A stretch of 60,798 nucleotides of DNA, the filler included. It is 8 parts of 8 records of this genome, joined end to end, with 100 filler letters (N's around TTAATTAATTAA, not from the genome) between each part and the next. Parts side by side here need not be neighbours in the genome. Positions count along the whole stretch, not along the records: positions 55,359 to 60,798 come from DRR723986_20789; 7 more parts are not named here. One strand, given 5' to 3'. Each line of letters opens with the position of its first letter. Position 1 is the first letter of the stretch. The notes below the pieces were generated by a model. That model ran no database searches, was not told the origin of the DNA, and saw nothing but the letters and a program-made list of their open reading frames with translations. The position numbers and the translations under genes were made by a program. Below are positions 59,486 through 60,798 of this stretch, in pieces.

Positions 59486-60298
59486 ATGAATCGGTTTGAC
59501 GGAAAATGCGTTGTCATCACTGGTGGAAACGGCGGTATCGGCCTTGGTATCGCGCAACGTTTTGCCGATGAAGGCGCGCATGTGGTGATCCTTGCCCGGT
59601 CCACCGACACAGGGAAACAAGCGGCTGAGGCGTTGTCCTGTGATAATCGCCCGGCCTTGTTCCTGCAGACCGACCTAACGGACGAACCGTCGATCCTACG
59701 CGCGCTTGATCAGATCGAAGCCACCTATGGCCAGATGGACGTGCTGGTGAACAATGCGGGATGCGGTCTGTTGAAAAGCCCGGTCCAGCCCGACACCCCC
59801 ACCGCCCAGCGGTGGGAGGCGTTCCGCCAATCCAACCTCGACAGCATGGTCTTGCTCAGCGCCCATGCACTGCCGCTGCTGGCCAAGGGCACAGACGCCA
59901 GCATGGTGAACATCTCATCCACCGCCACTTTGCACGGCAACTGGGGTCTTTACGGTGTCGCCAAAGCAGGCGTCGAAGGGTTAACCCGCGCCATGGCCTC
60001 CGAAGGGGCGCCCATGGGCATCCGGGTAAACGCCGTCAGCCCCGGCTGGATCGCCACGTCGCCCGAACAGGAACACGAGGTTCTGCGCAACACCACCCAG
60101 CCCCCATCGCTGTCAGGGCGCATGGGCACACCTGCCGATATCGCCGGAGCGGTTGCCTTCCTCGCCTCGCCGGATGCAGCTTTCATCACCGGTCAAACCC
60201 TGATCGTGGACGGCGGCAAGACCACAATCGACTACCCGTCGCGCGGCATGCTCGAATCTCATGGCCATCGCGGTGCAGCACGCCCAAGCGCCGAATAG
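59486..60298 (+). CDS. SDR oxidoreductase
   Basis: TGGNGGIG, NNAG, NISS, YGVAK, VNAVSPG, ITGQTL.VDGG. Confidence 0.9.
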   Translation: MNRFDGKCVVITGGNGGIGLGIAQRFADEGAHVVILARSTDTGKQAAEALSCDNRPALFLQTDLTDEPSILRALDQIEATYGQMDVLVNNAGCGLLKSPVQPDTPTAQRWEAFRQSNLDSMVLLSAHALPLLAKGTDASMVNISSTATLHGNWGLYGVAKAGVEGLTRAMASEGAPMGIRVNAVSPGWIATSPEQEHEVLRNTTQPPSLSGRMGTPADIAGAVAFLASPDAAFITGQTLIVDGGKTTIDYPSRGMLESHGHRGAARPSAE

Positions 60299-60447
60299 AC
60301 AGTCAACCTGCCGATCTGGGCAAAAAACAGCATTCCCTATGGTCAATTTGTTAATTTGGCCCCTTGAACTTCCCTTTTGAACGTTGCATTGCGCCGAAAA
60401 TTGCGACCTATTAGCTCATTAATCGATCCAACAACACCGGACCCAAC

Positions 60448-60798
60448 GTGACAGACACCTCAGCCGTCATCCAGATCAGCAACCTCCACAAAAGCTTTGG
60501 ACAACTCGAAGTTCTCAAGGGGGTCGATATCACCGCACATCGGGGCGACGTGGTGTCCTTGATCGGGTCCTCAGGATCAGGAAAATCCACCCTGCTGCGC
60601 TGCTGCAACCTGCTCGAAGACAGCCAGCAAGGCGAGATCCTGTTCAAAGGCGAACCTGTCACCTGGAAGGGCGAGACCCACGCGCGCCGCCCCGCAGACG
60701 CCAAGCAGGTGCTGCGCATTCGAACGAACCTGTCGATGGTGTTTCAGCAATTCAACCTGTGGGCCCACATGACCATCCTGCAAAACGTGATGGAAGCG
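60448..60798 (+). CDS. Polar amino acid ABC transporter ATP-binding protein (3' truncated; absent from the ORF track)
   Basis: Hand translation from GTG 60448: LHKSFG.LEVLKGVD...GSSGSGKSTLLRCCNLLE...MVFQQFNLW.HMT.LQNV. Confidence 0.9.
   Translation, partial: MTDTSAVIQISNLHKSFGQLEVLKGVDITAHRGDVVSLIGSSGSGKSTLLRCCNLLEDSQQGEILFKGEPVTWKGETHARRPADAKQVLRIRTNLSMVFQQFNLWAHMTILQNVMEA

Noticed and set aside
1..60798. CRISPR arrays, IS elements, integrases, prophage genes, reverse transcriptases, tRNA and rRNA
   Set aside because: None recognised by eye in the sequence or the ORF track; a short or divergent element could have been missed without a search

Overview
The window is not one locus. It is eight unrelated bacterial contigs joined by seven identical 100-nt linkers (N44-TTAATTAATTAA-N44), so adjacency across a linker means nothing. 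Taxonomy below is inferred from gene content and composition only. (1) 1-6118, Roseibium/Labrenzia-like alphaproteobacterium: serB/miaA, two GNATs, TetR plus tautomerase, a P-loop kinase-like gene, partial leuA. (2) 6219-14139, Burkholderiales-like: partial thiolase, metE/metR, sbtA plus LysR, SDR, acyl-CoA dehydrogenase. (3) 14240-23827, roseobacter: nuoLMN-birA-coaX-rnj, NUDIX, a DUF983-like pseudogene, EF-hand protein, partial ECF sigma factor. (4) 23928-30767, roseobacter: napEFDA' and a putative methylated-amine catabolic cluster. (5) 30868-35950, FCB-group-like: an unusually long ZapB-like coiled coil, zapA, an unannotated ~230-nt 6S RNA, rny. (6) 36051-43705, Hyphomonadaceae-like: phaC-maoC/pta-ackA, ctaA, rplM-rpsI'. 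(7) 43806-55258, Flavobacteriales-like: T9SS porU/porV, ispF, orphan histidine kinase, pcrA. (8) 55359-60798, roseobacter: pyrG', conserved unknown protein, dipeptidase, DUF1330, a TerB pair, a PhnD-like protein, SDR, ABC ATPase'. No CRISPR array, transposase, phage gene, tRNA or rRNA was seen. The best candidate for an undescribed system is the translationally coupled operon at 25814-30767: RpiR regulator, CntA-like Rieske oxygenase, AMDase-like protein with an atypical active site, and sulfotransferase-fold protein, divergent from a dimethylglycine-dehydrogenase-like flavoprotein. This rests on family-level inference and is not proven.
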